Part shown: one piece after another, positions 18,436 through 29,280 of the stretch
How the letters are laid out: every line of letters begins with the position of its first letter
How positions within the stretch are numbered: the first letter of the stretch is position 1
Source of the DNA: Gammaproteobacteria bacterium
GTDB lineage: Bacteria > Pseudomonadota > Gammaproteobacteria > Ga0077536
Assembly: GCA_963662545.2 (NCBI GenBank)
Contig: CAXXLL010000002.1
Location: forward strand, 1,024,001-1,088,000
Reading direction: 5' to 3'
DNA length: 64,000 bases
The notes under the pieces: generated by a model
Databases searched by the model: none
Seen by the model: the letters and a program-made list of their open reading frames with translations, nothing else
Told to the model about the DNA's origin: nothing
Program-made: the position numbers and the translations under genes

Positions 18436-18865
18436 GTCAATTTGGGGAAATGACGCCCGCCTCCAATAAGTTTGCAAGGCCGTCTTCGATAGGCAGCGGC
18501 ATCGCCCCAGTCGACTAGCCCGCCTTCGTGCAATAGGCCGGCTACAGCAACGGGTTTTCGACCGGGTGCGTCAACGCCGTAATTTTCACCACTAACAAGT
18601 CCGTCGTGTCACTGCCGCACTGCATCGTGATGGGGTTGCTGGATTTGGCCACCCTGGGTCTAGTTGCGCAGCGTTAGCTGCGCACTACCTGACGCGCCCG
18701 CCACTATCCGCTCACAACATGTGCTCGCCTGCAGTTTCGTTCCGTCTCTCGGGCGGTTGTGGCGAAGGCTTTGCTGACCCAAATCGGTCCCCCACACGAT
18801 GGGGTTTTCGCACGATGTATCATTGACGTCTACTCGGTTGTAGGTGTGGTTTCGGGGGTGGCATT

Positions 18866-20032
18866 ATGCTGACGGCGACGAAAGATCAGAACTTGGTGAC
18901 GACGATCACGGGTTCATTACCGAGGCCCCATTGGTACGCGGAGAATCTCGCGGGCCGCTCCATTTCGAATGCGTATCTTGGAGACTTCAAGTTCCACGAG
19001 CAGTACCGCGACGCGGTCTCGTGCTGTATCGCCGATCAACGGTGCGCGGGCCTCGATATATTCACCGACGGAGACATGCGCTTCGACATGGACCTCGGCG
19101 GGCGCGCCTGGTTCGGCTACGTGTTTGACCGGATGTCCGGCATCGAGGACAGCGCGCTGCGCTCGCTGCCGTTCGGCGGTTCGCCGCGCGAGGCACAAGC
19201 GGGCGACATCTTTAATGAAATCATGGCGACGCGTCTACCGCCGCGGGTTACGGGCCCGGTGGGGCCGGGCCGACTCGAATACGATTTGGTCTGGAAGATT
19301 GCTCAGGGACTGTCTTCCCGCCCGGTCAAATTCGGCGCGTGTTCAGCACAGCTCGTCGATATGTTGGTCGTCAACGAGTTTTACAAGGATCGGGCCGAAA
19401 CGATCATGGCGCTTTCGGCCGCGAAGAACGAGGCCTACCACGCGCTTGCGGATGCCGGATGCCCGGTGATTCAGGTCGAAGAACCCTGCTTTCATTTCGT
19501 CGAGGACGTCGAATGGGACGTATCGCCGGAGGTGTACGTGGATGCTTTCAATGTCGAAGTCGCGGGCCTGCGCGATAAGGCCGAAGTGTGGTGCCACACC
19601 TGCTGGGGCAACCCGTATGCCCAGAACCTGGGCTACGGGGCGAAATATAAACCCGTGCTGCAATATCTCGACCAACTTGACGTCGACGTGATCACCTTCG
19701 AAATGAAGTACGCCGACTATCTCGAGCTCAAGGAGGTGGCGGCGGCCATCGGCAAGGACAAGAAGATAGCGATAGGCGTCATCTCGCACCGCGCCCTGCA
19801 GGTCGAGACGCCGGAAGAAGTTGCCGATGACATTCGTAGAGCGCTCGAGCTCATCGACGCGGGGCGCTTGATCCTGAGCAGCGATTGCGGTTTCGGCCGC
19901 CAGGGGATCAGCCGCAAGCATGCGTTCTACAAGATGGTCTCACTGGTTCGCGGCGCGAACATCGTGCGCCGCGAACTCGGTCTGGACGAAGTCTCCGTGC
20001 TGGCGGAACAAGCCAATCTGTCCTACTTGTAG
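18866..20032 (+). CDS. cobalamin-independent methionine synthase II family (single-barrel MetE-like) protein
   Basis: TITGSLPRP, TDGD, HTCWGN and SDCGF zinc-ligand motifs. Confidence 0.9.
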   Translation: MLTATKDQNLVTTITGSLPRPHWYAENLAGRSISNAYLGDFKFHEQYRDAVSCCIADQRCAGLDIFTDGDMRFDMDLGGRAWFGYVFDRMSGIEDSALRSLPFGGSPREAQAGDIFNEIMATRLPPRVTGPVGPGRLEYDLVWKIAQGLSSRPVKFGACSAQLVDMLVVNEFYKDRAETIMALSAAKNEAYHALADAGCPVIQVEEPCFHFVEDVEWDVSPEVYVDAFNVEVAGLRDKAEVWCHTCWGNPYAQNLGYGAKYKPVLQYLDQLDVDVITFEMKYADYLELKEVAAAIGKDKKIAIGVISHRALQVETPEEVADDIRRALELIDAGRLILSSDCGFGRQGISRKHAFYKMVSLVRGANIVRRELGLDEVSVLAEQANLSYL

Positions 20033-20196
20033 TGGTCAGGCTTATACGCGCGGTAAATAGAAAATAGATTAGCCATTATATTGCGAAGGCGCTTTCCGCC
20101 TTGGTTTGCCCGAATTCAAATTAGTAATCTGTCCGCGCATTATCCGCAATTATTCGAGCGATGATAATGACCAAGATCAGCGATAATCCGATCATC

Positions 20197-21507
20197 TCAG
20201 AGCGCGCTCTGGCGCCCATCAAATGTACGACGCCCGCAATCGGCAACGATGAGCAACTCCGTCAATGCGTGATAAGACCGTGCCTGCAAACCCGTGATAC
20301 TGAGGATTTTTTGCAACCGCGAATAGATCGTATTGGGGTGCACCGACAGCCTCTGCGCGGCTTTCAATACATTCATATCCGCGTTCGCGTATGCGCGTAA
20401 GGTCGCGACCAGAGAGCCGCCAAGCTTGTCATCAGCCAGAAAGAACTCATGCGTCCAAGCTGGCAGTACTCGCTGCAATTCATCGCCTGCTAAATGTAAC
20501 ATCAGACGCCGCGCCGGTACTTCGGAGATATGTACGACCCGGTGAGTTACCTCGGCGAGTTCGAGGGCGAGCAGTGCCTCTCTATAGGCCGTCGGAATCT
20601 GCGAAGTTGATGGCACGTCATTGCTGAGGCCGATTAAGACCGCGTTGCCGACCATCGATAGCCCGGACCTTACCCGTCTGCCGAGCGCTGTGTGCGGCGC
20701 CGTCCAACCGGACAGTCGGCAGGTATCGGAAAATACGATGGCGACCTTGTCGTGACGCAAATCGATGAGGCGACGCGACGGTGATCTCTGCAAAATCTTA
20801 TCGATTGAATCGACCAATCGACGTGCGCGATCAAGATTGATCATTTCTGAAGGATCTACGGGCTGCACCATTGCCACACAAAACGACTGATGTTTGTCGA
20901 GATAGCCGGCGTCGCGTAATACCTTCGCCACGCGCCCGTCCGACTCATCGTAGCCATCGAGCAAAATGGTGAGCAATTCCGCGCGCTGGTCCCCAGCGAC
21001 ATCGGCGAGCAAACGCGTTTGGGACAAATAGGCGCCCGCAGCGATCGAAGTGATCGCATCGGTATATTCGACCGTGAAATCCAAAGTAGCAGCGGCAAGT
21101 TGCTGCGCTTCTTCCGGGGACGATACCGACGCCAGTATCGCCTCACGGACCCAGCGCGAAAAGACCTTGTGACTGCAGCGGTACGCGTGCAGCGTCGCCT
21201 CCAATGAAAAACGGTGCTCAGCGCGCCGCCGGGCGTGCTCGCGCACGAAATCGAAGGTATCTACAGGACCGCCGCCAAGCAAATGTAGCATTTCACTCGT
21301 ATGCCGAGCGAGATCAGGCACGTCGTCGGGGTTCCTGGATTCAGAGAATGCCGGTATCGCGGCTAGGATTGCTTCGCTTTGTTCGGCATTGATGGCCGCG
21401 GAATTATCAGCTAGATGCCTGACGGCGACCGGCAGGAGTGGGTTGCGGCTGAGCTTCCGCAGTGCTTCATTGAGGGCCTTGGTATGATAATCGGACATTG
21501 GCCTCAT
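20197..21507 (-). CDS. PucR/CdaR-family transcriptional regulator
   Basis: C-terminal TLRAY...NVLKAAQRLSVHPNTIYSRLQKI HTH; start uncertain. Confidence 0.85.
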   Translation of the reverse strand: MRPMSDYHTKALNEALRKLSRNPLLPVAVRHLADNSAAINAEQSEAILAAIPAFSESRNPDDVPDLARHTSEMLHLLGGGPVDTFDFVREHARRRAEHRFSLEATLHAYRCSHKVFSRWVREAILASVSSPEEAQQLAAATLDFTVEYTDAITSIAAGAYLSQTRLLADVAGDQRAELLTILLDGYDESDGRVAKVLRDAGYLDKHQSFCVAMVQPVDPSEMINLDRARRLVDSIDKILQRSPSRRLIDLRHDKVAIVFSDTCRLSGWTAPHTALGRRVRSGLSMVGNAVLIGLSNDVPSTSQIPTAYREALLALELAEVTHRVVHISEVPARRLMLHLAGDELQRVLPAWTHEFFLADDKLGGSLVATLRAYANADMNVLKAAQRLSVHPNTIYSRLQKILSITGLQARSYHALTELLIVADCGRRTFDGRQSAL

Positions 21508-21696
21508 TGTGCACTTTACACATTTAGCAGTGCTATTTATCAGCACTTTACCCACTGTCAGGGGGTTCTGCTGATGATAGTCTCTAGTTTTATCAGCCTA
21601 TGCAACTGTAAGGCGTCATGCCGCAGTAGCCGGAAGGCTGCGTTTCAACAGCCGGGCCGACAGTCATTCCAACTCGTTAAATCGGAGATCCGAAAA

Positions 21697-22011
21697 ATGT
21701 CGAAATATCTATTTGTGTATCACGGCGGCAGCGTTCCAGAAACGAAGGAAGATCAAGCAAAAGTAATGGACGCCTGGGGGCAGTGGTTTGGATCGCTGGG
21801 TAGTGCCGTTGTCGATGGTGGCAATCCGGTCGGCAAGTCATCGACAGTGCAGAGCAACGGTTCGGTTGTTGATAACGGGGGTTCCAATCCTGTCAGTGGC
21901 TTTAGCTTAATCGAAGCTTCGGATGTCGATGACGCGGTTACAAAAGCGCAAGGGTGCCCTATTCTTGGCGCGGGCGGTTCGGTCGAACTTGCGGAAGCGT
22001 TTGATATGTAG
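21697..22011 (+). CDS. YCII-related protein
   Basis: MSKYLFVYHGG...WGQWF...VDGGNP...SGFSLIEA...AKAQGCP-like pattern; GGAG RBS. Confidence 0.8.
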   Translation: MSKYLFVYHGGSVPETKEDQAKVMDAWGQWFGSLGSAVVDGGNPVGKSSTVQSNGSVVDNGGSNPVSGFSLIEASDVDDAVTKAQGCPILGAGGSVELAEAFDM

Positions 22012-22016
22012 GTGAG

Positions 22017-22068
22017 GGGGTCAGGTCGTTCATTGCCGCAACCATACGGCAATGAACGACCTGACCCC
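22017..22068. repeat. perfect 22-bp-stem palindrome (GGGGTCA REP-like, possible bidirectional terminator)
   Basis: GGGGTCAGGTCGTTCATTGCCG-caaccata-CGGCAATGAACGACCTGACCCC between convergent genes. Confidence 0.8.
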
Positions 22069-22088
22069 AAAGATCCGGACTTGCCCGA

Positions 22089-24002
22089 CTATTGCGGGTC
22101 GAGCAGGTAGCTGTCGCCCTCGCGCATATTTTCTTTGAGCCACGTAGCGGCGCCGGCTTCGGTCGGTTGCAGCATCGGTACCTCGCCTCTTGTGGCTGTG
22201 ATCTTGGCGCGAAGCTTTGCAGTGGCGATCTCGTCCAGCTGGAAGGTCTCCGGATCCATTACGACGCCGTAGTTGTCCCGAGCCGTCTTGAAGCTGATGA
22301 TCTCGTCGCGCACGTGTTCACACACTTTTTCCGCCGGGCGAGCTAGCGGGTCACCGTAACCGCCCCCGCCCGAAGAGACACCCACCCAGACCTCACCGGG
22401 CTCGATTTTCATGTAGCCCTTGCTCGAGCAGTAATCGCGGTGCCCGGCTTCCAGATTTTCGCGGTAGTTGCCGCCGCCGATGCCGGGCGTGCCCCCGAAC
22501 AAACCAAAGGGCGGGTTCGACGCGCCGTCGCCCGTCACATGGCAATCCATGGGCGTGCCATAAGGCCGCACGACGATATTGATGCCGGCACCCCCCATGG
22601 TGTTGCCATGACCCATGGAATCGGTCTCGATTTCATGCTTATCGATCATGAGCGGGTAGAGCAGTTCGCTCATCTCGGTGCTCAGGATCTTGAGGCCGCC
22701 GAGACCAGACGAAAGCATGATCAAGGGCCAGCCGTCGGCATTTTTCGAAGCGCCGCCGCCGGAGCCCCCGTTGAAGAACATCGCAGCCCAGTCCACCGGT
22801 TCGTCGCCGCGCTCGTCGACGCCCGAGATTGAAGGGACGCAGTGGAATCCGCCGTAACCCGCGGACGATCGTTCCGGAACTGCCTGCGCCAGCGCTTTCC
22901 ACACCACCTCCTGTTCCTGAGCGGCAGGACACAGCGTCGCCATGGCGGTTGCCGCCGGGTATTTGGCTTTAACGATCGAGCCTTCCGGGGCGTCGCAACT
23001 GATATGTCTCAAGCAGCCTTCGTTATGCGGAATGTTGGGATCGATGGCGCACAGCACCGGGATTCCGGCCGAGGCCTCCATCACGCCCTGCGTGCCGTTG
23101 GTGCCGCCCGCGCCCTGGGGCGAGCTGCCCGCAAAATCGACGTGGATATGATCGCCTTCGACTTTGACTTCGGCGCACACCTTGAGGTTGGTGTTGCCCA
23201 TGCCGTCGGAGTCGATCCACGATTCCGCGAAATAGCTGCCGTCGGGTATGTTGTGGATCTCTTCGCTGGTGCGCCGGTCGGCGTAGTCGAGAATCGCGTC
23301 GATGTAATGGGTCAGCTCTTCGGGACCGTATTCATCGACGAGTTCCACCATCCGCCGCTTGCCGGTCCAGATGGAGCCGAGCTGCGCCATCAGATCGCCG
23401 TACAGCAGGTCGCGATAACGCACGTTGGCGAGATACATGTTGATCACATCGGTACGCGGCTCGCCTTTTTCGTAGAACTTGATCGGCGGCAGTTGCAGCG
23501 CTTCCTGCCACACGTTCTTGGCGCTCGGCGCGACGCTGGTTGCCTCGTAGGCGCCGCAGTCGAGCTGGTGCCCCTTGGTCACGGCCCAGAACAGGTGTTC
23601 GCCCTTGTAGAACACGGGGCAGGCGGTGACGAAATCGCCGACGTGGGTGTTACCGCTGTAGGGGTCGTTGCTGACGATGACGTCGCCGTCGTAGACCTTG
23701 CCCTCGAAGGCATTGACCATGGAGTGCAGAATCACGTGCAGCGAATTGGTATGGATAGGCAGTGCATCCATCATGCACACCTGTCGCGCCTTGGCGTCGT
23801 AGATGGCACAGGAGAAGTCGCGCGCCAGCGCCAGGATCGACGTCCATGCCGTGTACTCCAAGGTCAAGGTCATCTCCCTCGCAATGGTATTGAAGCGGTT
23901 CAAAATCACGGAAAACGTGATCGGGTCGATGTTTTCATCGGCCAACAGCGGGATCTTGTCGTGCTGGGAATCGAAATCCTTAACCGGTTGTACAGTACTC
24001 AT
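22089..24002 (-). CDS. hydantoinase B / oxoprolinase family protein
   Basis: DFSCAIYD, SNDPYSGNTHVGD, HQLDCG, GGGGYGDPLAR. Confidence 0.93.
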   Translation of the reverse strand: MSTVQPVKDFDSQHDKIPLLADENIDPITFSVILNRFNTIAREMTLTLEYTAWTSILALARDFSCAIYDAKARQVCMMDALPIHTNSLHVILHSMVNAFEGKVYDGDVIVSNDPYSGNTHVGDFVTACPVFYKGEHLFWAVTKGHQLDCGAYEATSVAPSAKNVWQEALQLPPIKFYEKGEPRTDVINMYLANVRYRDLLYGDLMAQLGSIWTGKRRMVELVDEYGPEELTHYIDAILDYADRRTSEEIHNIPDGSYFAESWIDSDGMGNTNLKVCAEVKVEGDHIHVDFAGSSPQGAGGTNGTQGVMEASAGIPVLCAIDPNIPHNEGCLRHISCDAPEGSIVKAKYPAATAMATLCPAAQEQEVVWKALAQAVPERSSAGYGGFHCVPSISGVDERGDEPVDWAAMFFNGGSGGGASKNADGWPLIMLSSGLGGLKILSTEMSELLYPLMIDKHEIETDSMGHGNTMGGAGINIVVRPYGTPMDCHVTGDGASNPPFGLFGGTPGIGGGNYRENLEAGHRDYCSSKGYMKIEPGEVWVGVSSGGGGYGDPLARPAEKVCEHVRDEIISFKTARDNYGVVMDPETFQLDEIATAKLRAKITATRGEVPMLQPTEAGAATWLKENMREGDSYLLDPQ

Positions 24003-24036
24003 CAGGAATCCTCCTGTTTACTCTCTACGCCCCATT

Positions 24037-26100
24037 TCAGAGCTCTAGGACGAAATCACCGTACTCATTCACTTCAAGCTTCTGGCCCGGAAAGACCACG
24101 ATGGTCGTGTTCTGCTGCTCCACGACGGCGGGACCGGTGATCATCATACCGCGATTGAGCCGATCTCCGTCGTAAATTTTGGTGTCGCGATAGTCGTCGA
24201 TATCGCCGAAATAGACCCGACGCGTCCCTTTCTGGACCTTGGTGACGGGTTCGCCGGTCTCCGGCAGCTCGGGAGTTTGTGGCGACTGCACGGCCCGGTG
24301 CGCGATCACGCGCCAGTGGAAGAAGTCGACCGAACTCTCGCGCACGCTGTAACTGAACATGCGTTCGTGCAGATCGTGGAACGCCTCGGCCATTTCATCG
24401 ATATGCGCCTCGGTCAACGGCCCGTCGGCCTTGAGCGGCACCGTCAGCTCGTGGATCTGCGCCGGATACTTGGCATCCGCGAAGCGCGTGAGGGTTACCT
24501 CGCCCTCGGGAAAACCCTCCTCGATCATATCGTCGAGCGCCTTGCGTTCCAGATCGGCGATGACTTTGTTGGTGCCTTCCAGATCGAAGCGCTCGGTGTT
24601 GGTCGCAAAGGCCTGCATGTAATCATGACGTACGTCGCTGACGATCATGCCGACGGAGCAGAACACGCCACTGTAGCGCGGAATAATCGCAGTTTTCATG
24701 CCGAGCGTGCGGCCGAGCATGCCGGCGTGGATAGCGCCCGCCCCGCCCCCGACCACGAGCGAGTAATGTCGTGGATCGATCCCGCGCTCGATCGAGACCA
24801 CGCGGATCGCGTCCACCATGTTGTTGTTGATGATCCGGAATATGCCGTGCGCCGCTTCGGGCACCGTCAAACCGAGCGGCTTTGCAATAAGGTTCTCAAT
24901 CGCACGTTCGGAGAGCTCAACATTAATCTCGCGCCGCCCGCCGAGAAAATAATCCGGATTGATATAACCCAGGACGACGTTCGCATCGGTGCATGTGGGA
25001 TCGGTGCCGCCCTGAGCGTAACACACCGGTCCCGGTTCGGCGCCCGCGCTCTGCGGACCGACCTGCAGTGCGCCGCCCTTGTCAATCCAGGCGATGCTGC
25101 CGCCGCCGGCCCCTACGGAATGCACGTCGACTGCGGCGACGCCGACCGGCAAGTCGTGCACGCGAAGCTCGCGCGTCAAAGTCGGCGTGCCGTCGGTCAC
25201 CATCGAGACATCGAAACTGGTACCGCCCATGTCGATCGTGATCACATTCTCCATCCCGACTCGCTGGGAACAATGGAGCCCGGCTATGGGTGCCGCCGCC
25301 GGACCGGAGGCCAGCGTGTAAATCGGCCGATGCAGAATCTTGTTGACCGTCGAGCTGCCGCCATTGAGCTGCATGATCAAGAGCGGATGACGAAAACCGT
25401 TACCGTGCAGGAACTCTTCGAGTTCCACCATGTAGCGTGCAATGCCCGGGATCACGTAGGCGCTCAACACCGCGCAGGTCGTGCGCTCCCATTCGCGGAT
25501 CATCGGCAGCACATCGGAACTCAACACCACCGGCACGCCCGGCAGTTTCTCTTCGATGATCGCTTTAACGCGCCGCTCGTGAGCGGCGTTCATGATCGAC
25601 CACAAAAAGGCGACTGCCACCGATTCGACACCAGCATTTTTGAGCTTCGCGGCGGCGGCATGCACCGAATCTTCCTCGAGCGGTGCTACGACCTCACCGG
25701 TGTAGTTCACGCGCTCCTTGATCGGAATGCGCAGGTAGCGTGGAATGAAATCTTCCGGCGGTTGCAGTTGGATGTTGTAGCGGTCGGGTTTGAAGCCATC
25801 GCGAAAGTGAATGACGTCGCGGAATCCCTCGGTGCATAACAGTGCGGTCTTAGGTCCGTTGCGCTGAATGACTGTGTTGGTGGCAATGGTCGAACCGTGG
25901 ACGAACAAATCGAGGCGATCGAGGAATTTGTCGAGGCTCATTTCAGCCTGTTCGGCCAGAGCGCGAATCCCTCGCTGAATCGCTTCAGTGGGGTTTTTAG
26001 GGGTCGTCGCCTCTTTCCACAGCGCAATGTGGCCATCTTTGTCGAGTAGGGAGAAATCGGTGAAGGTGCCGCCGATATCGACACCCAGAACGTAGTGCAT
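24037..26100 (-). CDS. hydantoinase A / oxoprolinase family protein (ATP-binding)
   Basis: GVDIGGTFTD, HGSTIATN, SGPAA, DMGGTSFD, GAGGGS. Confidence 0.95.
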   Translation of the reverse strand: MHYVLGVDIGGTFTDFSLLDKDGHIALWKEATTPKNPTEAIQRGIRALAEQAEMSLDKFLDRLDLFVHGSTIATNTVIQRNGPKTALLCTEGFRDVIHFRDGFKPDRYNIQLQPPEDFIPRYLRIPIKERVNYTGEVVAPLEEDSVHAAAAKLKNAGVESVAVAFLWSIMNAAHERRVKAIIEEKLPGVPVVLSSDVLPMIREWERTTCAVLSAYVIPGIARYMVELEEFLHGNGFRHPLLIMQLNGGSSTVNKILHRPIYTLASGPAAAPIAGLHCSQRVGMENVITIDMGGTSFDVSMVTDGTPTLTRELRVHDLPVGVAAVDVHSVGAGGGSIAWIDKGGALQVGPQSAGAEPGPVCYAQGGTDPTCTDANVVLGYINPDYFLGGRREINVELSERAIENLIAKPLGLTVPEAAHGIFRIINNNMVDAIRVVSIERGIDPRHYSLVVGGGAGAIHAGMLGRTLGMKTAIIPRYSGVFCSVGMIVSDVRHDYMQAFATNTERFDLEGTNKVIADLERKALDDMIEEGFPEGEVTLTRFADAKYPAQIHELTVPLKADGPLTEAHIDEMAEAFHDLHERMFSYSVRESSVDFFHWRVIAHRAVQSPQTPELPETGEPVTKVQKGTRRVYFGDIDDYRDTKIYDGDRLNRGMMITGPAVVEQQNTTIVVFPGQKLEVNEYGDFVLEL

Positions 26101-26557
26101 GTTATTTCCTCTTATTTTCTGTTCGCAGCAGGGATCCTAATACCCCGGACTCGGGGTGACATTTATTTCCGAAAACTTCACGGTTAACCGTCCCTCTCAC
26201 TCATTCAGGAAGAACAGGAAAATACGTTTCAACACAATCATACGGCGGTGCGAGGACGCCGACCACCCATACCGAACTTCGACCTCAACCAATTCATTTC
26301 GTGCTAAGTTACGGTGCGCGCTTACATAAACATCCGGTGTTGGCTCAAAGGAGCCTCTTAGGCGCGTTCAATTCTGACACCGTCTGTAAGATCAGGTCTG
26401 AGCTATACGACCTACGTCTCGAGCCGGGGCGCCTTTCATCAATCAGCAGGGGCATGAGCGCGCGAATAAAAATAACGGCGGCGTCTTATGTAGAAACTGG
26501 AGCTACTCGAATGCGAAACTGTAAATTGAATCGTAATCACCAGAACTAAAGGTTGCA

Positions 26558-29011
26558 ATGAACGCGAACATCTTTCCCGCCCACGCCCGTGCCGTCGTCG
26601 TCGGCGGCGGCGTCATCGGTTGTTCGACGGCCTACCATCTCGCGAAGCTCGGTTGGACCGATGTGGTCCTGCTCGAGCGCAAGCAGGTCAGTTCGGGCAC
26701 GACCTGGCACGCCGCCGGACTCATCACCACGCTACGGGACAGTGAGAGCCAGACCCGCCTGGCGCAGTATTCGCTTAAGCTCTACGAGGATTTGGAAACG
26801 GAAACCGGTCAGGCGACCGGGTTCATTAAGTGCGGCTCTATCCAACTCGCGGCGACGGCCGAGAAAGCCGAGGAGATGCGCCGCGGCTGTGCGATGGCGC
26901 GCATTTTCGGGGTTGAGAACGAGGAGATCTCACCCGGCCAGATCAAGGAACTCTTTCCACTGGCCTACGTCGACGATCTCTTAACCGGCTTCTACTTTCC
27001 GGACGACGGCCGGGTCAATCCGGCCGATGTCGGGCAGGCGCTGGCCAAGGGCGCGCGACAGTACGGCGTCAACATCATCGAGGATACGCCAGTGACCGCC
27101 TTGATCGTCGAGAACGGCCGTGCGACCGGTGTGCGAACGGACAAGGGCGAGATCTGCGCCGAGGTCGTCGTGCTGTGCCCGGGCATGTGGGGCCGCGAGG
27201 TCGGGCTGATGGCGGGCGTCGACATTCCGCTGCAGGCGGCCGAGCATTACTACCTCATATCGGAGCCCATCGACGGCGTGCACAATCGGCTGCCGATCCT
27301 GCGCGACCCGGGCCGCTGCGCGTATGCGCGCGAGGAAGCCGGTAAGATCCTGCTGGGTTTCTTCGAACCCGGCGCCGCGCCCTGGGGCGTCGATGGTATT
27401 CCGGAGCATTTCTGTTTCGACGAGATCCAGCCCGATTGGGAGCGAATGGAGCCGCATATTCAACGCGGGATGGAGCGCTTACCCATCCTGTTCGATACGG
27501 GTATTCGCCAGTTTTTCTGCGGTCCCGAATCCTTTACGCCGGATCACAACTACCTCATGGGCCGCGCGCCTTACGTCGACCAGCTCTTCGTCGCCTGTGG
27601 CTTCAATTCCCTGGGGATCCTCTCGGGCGGTGGCGCGGGCTACGTCGTGGCGAACTGGATTAACGATGGCGTACAGCCGATGGATATCTGGGACGTCGAC
27701 ATCCGTCGCATTCAGCCCTGCCACAACAATAAGTCTTTCGTGGTGGATCGCGTGGTGGAGTCGCTCGGAATCGCCTACCAGATGCACTGGCCGAATCGCC
27801 AGTGGGAGACCGGGCGCAACATCAAGTTATCCATCCTGCACGACCGCCTCGCGGCCGCCGGCGCGTGTTTCGGTGAATCGGCCGGGTGGGAGCGGCCGAA
27901 CTGGTATGCCAAGCCGGGTCAGAAGCCCGTATATGAATACGACTTCGGCCGCCAGAACTGGTTCGAGAACAATGCCGAGGAACACCGCGCCGTGCGTGAA
28001 GCCGTGGGTGTCTTCGAGCAGACCTCCTTCGCCAAGATCTTCGTGCAGGGACGGGATGCGGAACGCGTTTTGAATCGCATCGCCACCGCGGACATGGCGA
28101 TGCCGCTCGGCAAGGTCGCCTACACGCAGTTCTTAAACGTGCGCGGCGGGGTCGAGGCCGATCTGACCGTTACCCGCCTGGCCGAAGATCGCTATCTGGT
28201 CGTGACGGCCGCGTTCACTTGCACCCAAGTCCATGCTTGGATCCGGGAGAATATTCCGGACGATGCCGCCTGCGTGACCACCGACGTCACGGGCGCCTAT
28301 GCGATGTTAAACGTACAGGGCCCGAATTCTCGCGCGCTCCTGTCGCAGATCTCTAGCGCCGATTTCACCACCGAATCATTTCCCTTCGGCACCATGCAGC
28401 ACATCGAGATCGGCTACCAGTCGGCGATGGCCGTGCGACTCTCCTATACGGGCGAACTCGGCTGGGAGCTCTACATCCCGACTGAGATGGCGTTACCCGT
28501 ATACGACCGCCTGATCGAAGCGGGCGCCGACCACGGCCTCAAGCATTGCGGCTACCACACCCTCAACACCCTGCGCATCGAGAAAGCCTATCGCGAGTGG
28601 GCGCATGACATGGGACCGCTGGAGACTCTGCTCGAAGCCGGTCTTGGGTTTACCTGCGCCTGGGACAAGCCCGGTGGGTTCATCGGGCGTGAATCATTGA
28701 TCGCCGAGCGCGAAGCGAACCCGCTCAACCGGCGGCTGGTGCAGTTCCTGCTGGACGACCCCGAGCCGATGCTGGTGCACAACGAGCCCATCCTGCGCGA
28801 CCGTGAAAGGGTCGGTTACACGACCTCGGCAGGCTATGCACACACCCTCGGCGCCTGCGCGGCGATGGGCTATGTCAATCACGAAGACGGTGTGACGGAC
28901 GCCTTCGTCGCTGATGGAAGCTATACGCTCGAACAGGCCAACCGCACGTACACGGCGAAAGCCTCATTGAAGCCGATGTACGATCCGAAGAGCGAGCGTA
29001 CCCGGTCTTAA
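26558..29011 (+). CDS. FAD-dependent amine oxidase/dehydrogenase with GcvT folate domain (dimethylglycine/sarcosine dehydrogenase-like)
   Basis: VVVGGGVIG, SGTTWHAAG (flavinylation His), GPESFTPD, SYTGELGWE, LRIEK. Confidence 0.93.
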   Translation: MNANIFPAHARAVVVGGGVIGCSTAYHLAKLGWTDVVLLERKQVSSGTTWHAAGLITTLRDSESQTRLAQYSLKLYEDLETETGQATGFIKCGSIQLAATAEKAEEMRRGCAMARIFGVENEEISPGQIKELFPLAYVDDLLTGFYFPDDGRVNPADVGQALAKGARQYGVNIIEDTPVTALIVENGRATGVRTDKGEICAEVVVLCPGMWGREVGLMAGVDIPLQAAEHYYLISEPIDGVHNRLPILRDPGRCAYAREEAGKILLGFFEPGAAPWGVDGIPEHFCFDEIQPDWERMEPHIQRGMERLPILFDTGIRQFFCGPESFTPDHNYLMGRAPYVDQLFVACGFNSLGILSGGGAGYVVANWINDGVQPMDIWDVDIRRIQPCHNNKSFVVDRVVESLGIAYQMHWPNRQWETGRNIKLSILHDRLAAAGACFGESAGWERPNWYAKPGQKPVYEYDFGRQNWFENNAEEHRAVREAVGVFEQTSFAKIFVQGRDAERVLNRIATADMAMPLGKVAYTQFLNVRGGVEADLTVTRLAEDRYLVVTAAFTCTQVHAWIRENIPDDAACVTTDVTGAYAMLNVQGPNSRALLSQISSADFTTESFPFGTMQHIEIGYQSAMAVRLSYTGELGWELYIPTEMALPVYDRLIEAGADHGLKHCGYHTLNTLRIEKAYREWAHDMGPLETLLEAGLGFTCAWDKPGGFIGRESLIAEREANPLNRRLVQFLLDDPEPMLVHNEPILRDRERVGYTTSAGYAHTLGACAAMGYVNHEDGVTDAFVADGSYTLEQANRTYTAKASLKPMYDPKSERTRS

Positions 29012-29130
29012 GCCGCGTCCGTCGATTTACCCCCTCTGTTTGAGTAAATTCGCTGCGTTAACAACGATTTAGCCGCCCCCGAAAGTTAGCTGTCCCGGAA
29101 TTTTCGGCGCCCGCCAGGCCGGGCATATCC

Positions 29131-29157
29131 TAAAGAAATGCTGTTCCCGCCCGATAA
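29131..29157 (+). promoter_or_regulatory. sigma-28 (FliA)-like promoter
   Basis: TAAA-N15-CCCGATAA, 1 mismatch to TAAA-N15-GCCGATAA. Confidence 0.55.
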
Positions 29158-29280
29158 CCAGCAACAGGGTTCGTGCGCCTCGCGAAGCTATGCAGCAGAT
29201 GTCTCTGGCAGACCTTGGATTTCGGCGCCGAGCCCCCTAAGACCCACGAAAAAGGCAAAAGAACCCAAGGATCGCCCCCT

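Noticed and set aside
18436-18865. Possible cobalamin or SAM riboswitch upstream of the MetE-like gene
   Set aside because: No B12-box or SAM-riboswitch core motifs recognisable by eye; an Rfam scan would be decisive
24277-25839. 520-aa + strand ORF and other long antisense ORFs (e.g. 22842-24140, 7299-8522, 44179-45051)
   Set aside because: They lie antisense to well-supported genes and have no motifs; typical high-GC shadow frames
26101-26557. Possible glycine riboswitch or ORF upstream of the GcvT-family gene
   Set aside because: Conserved GGAGA/CCGAAG/CTCAGG elements not found; the 82-aa ORF has no support
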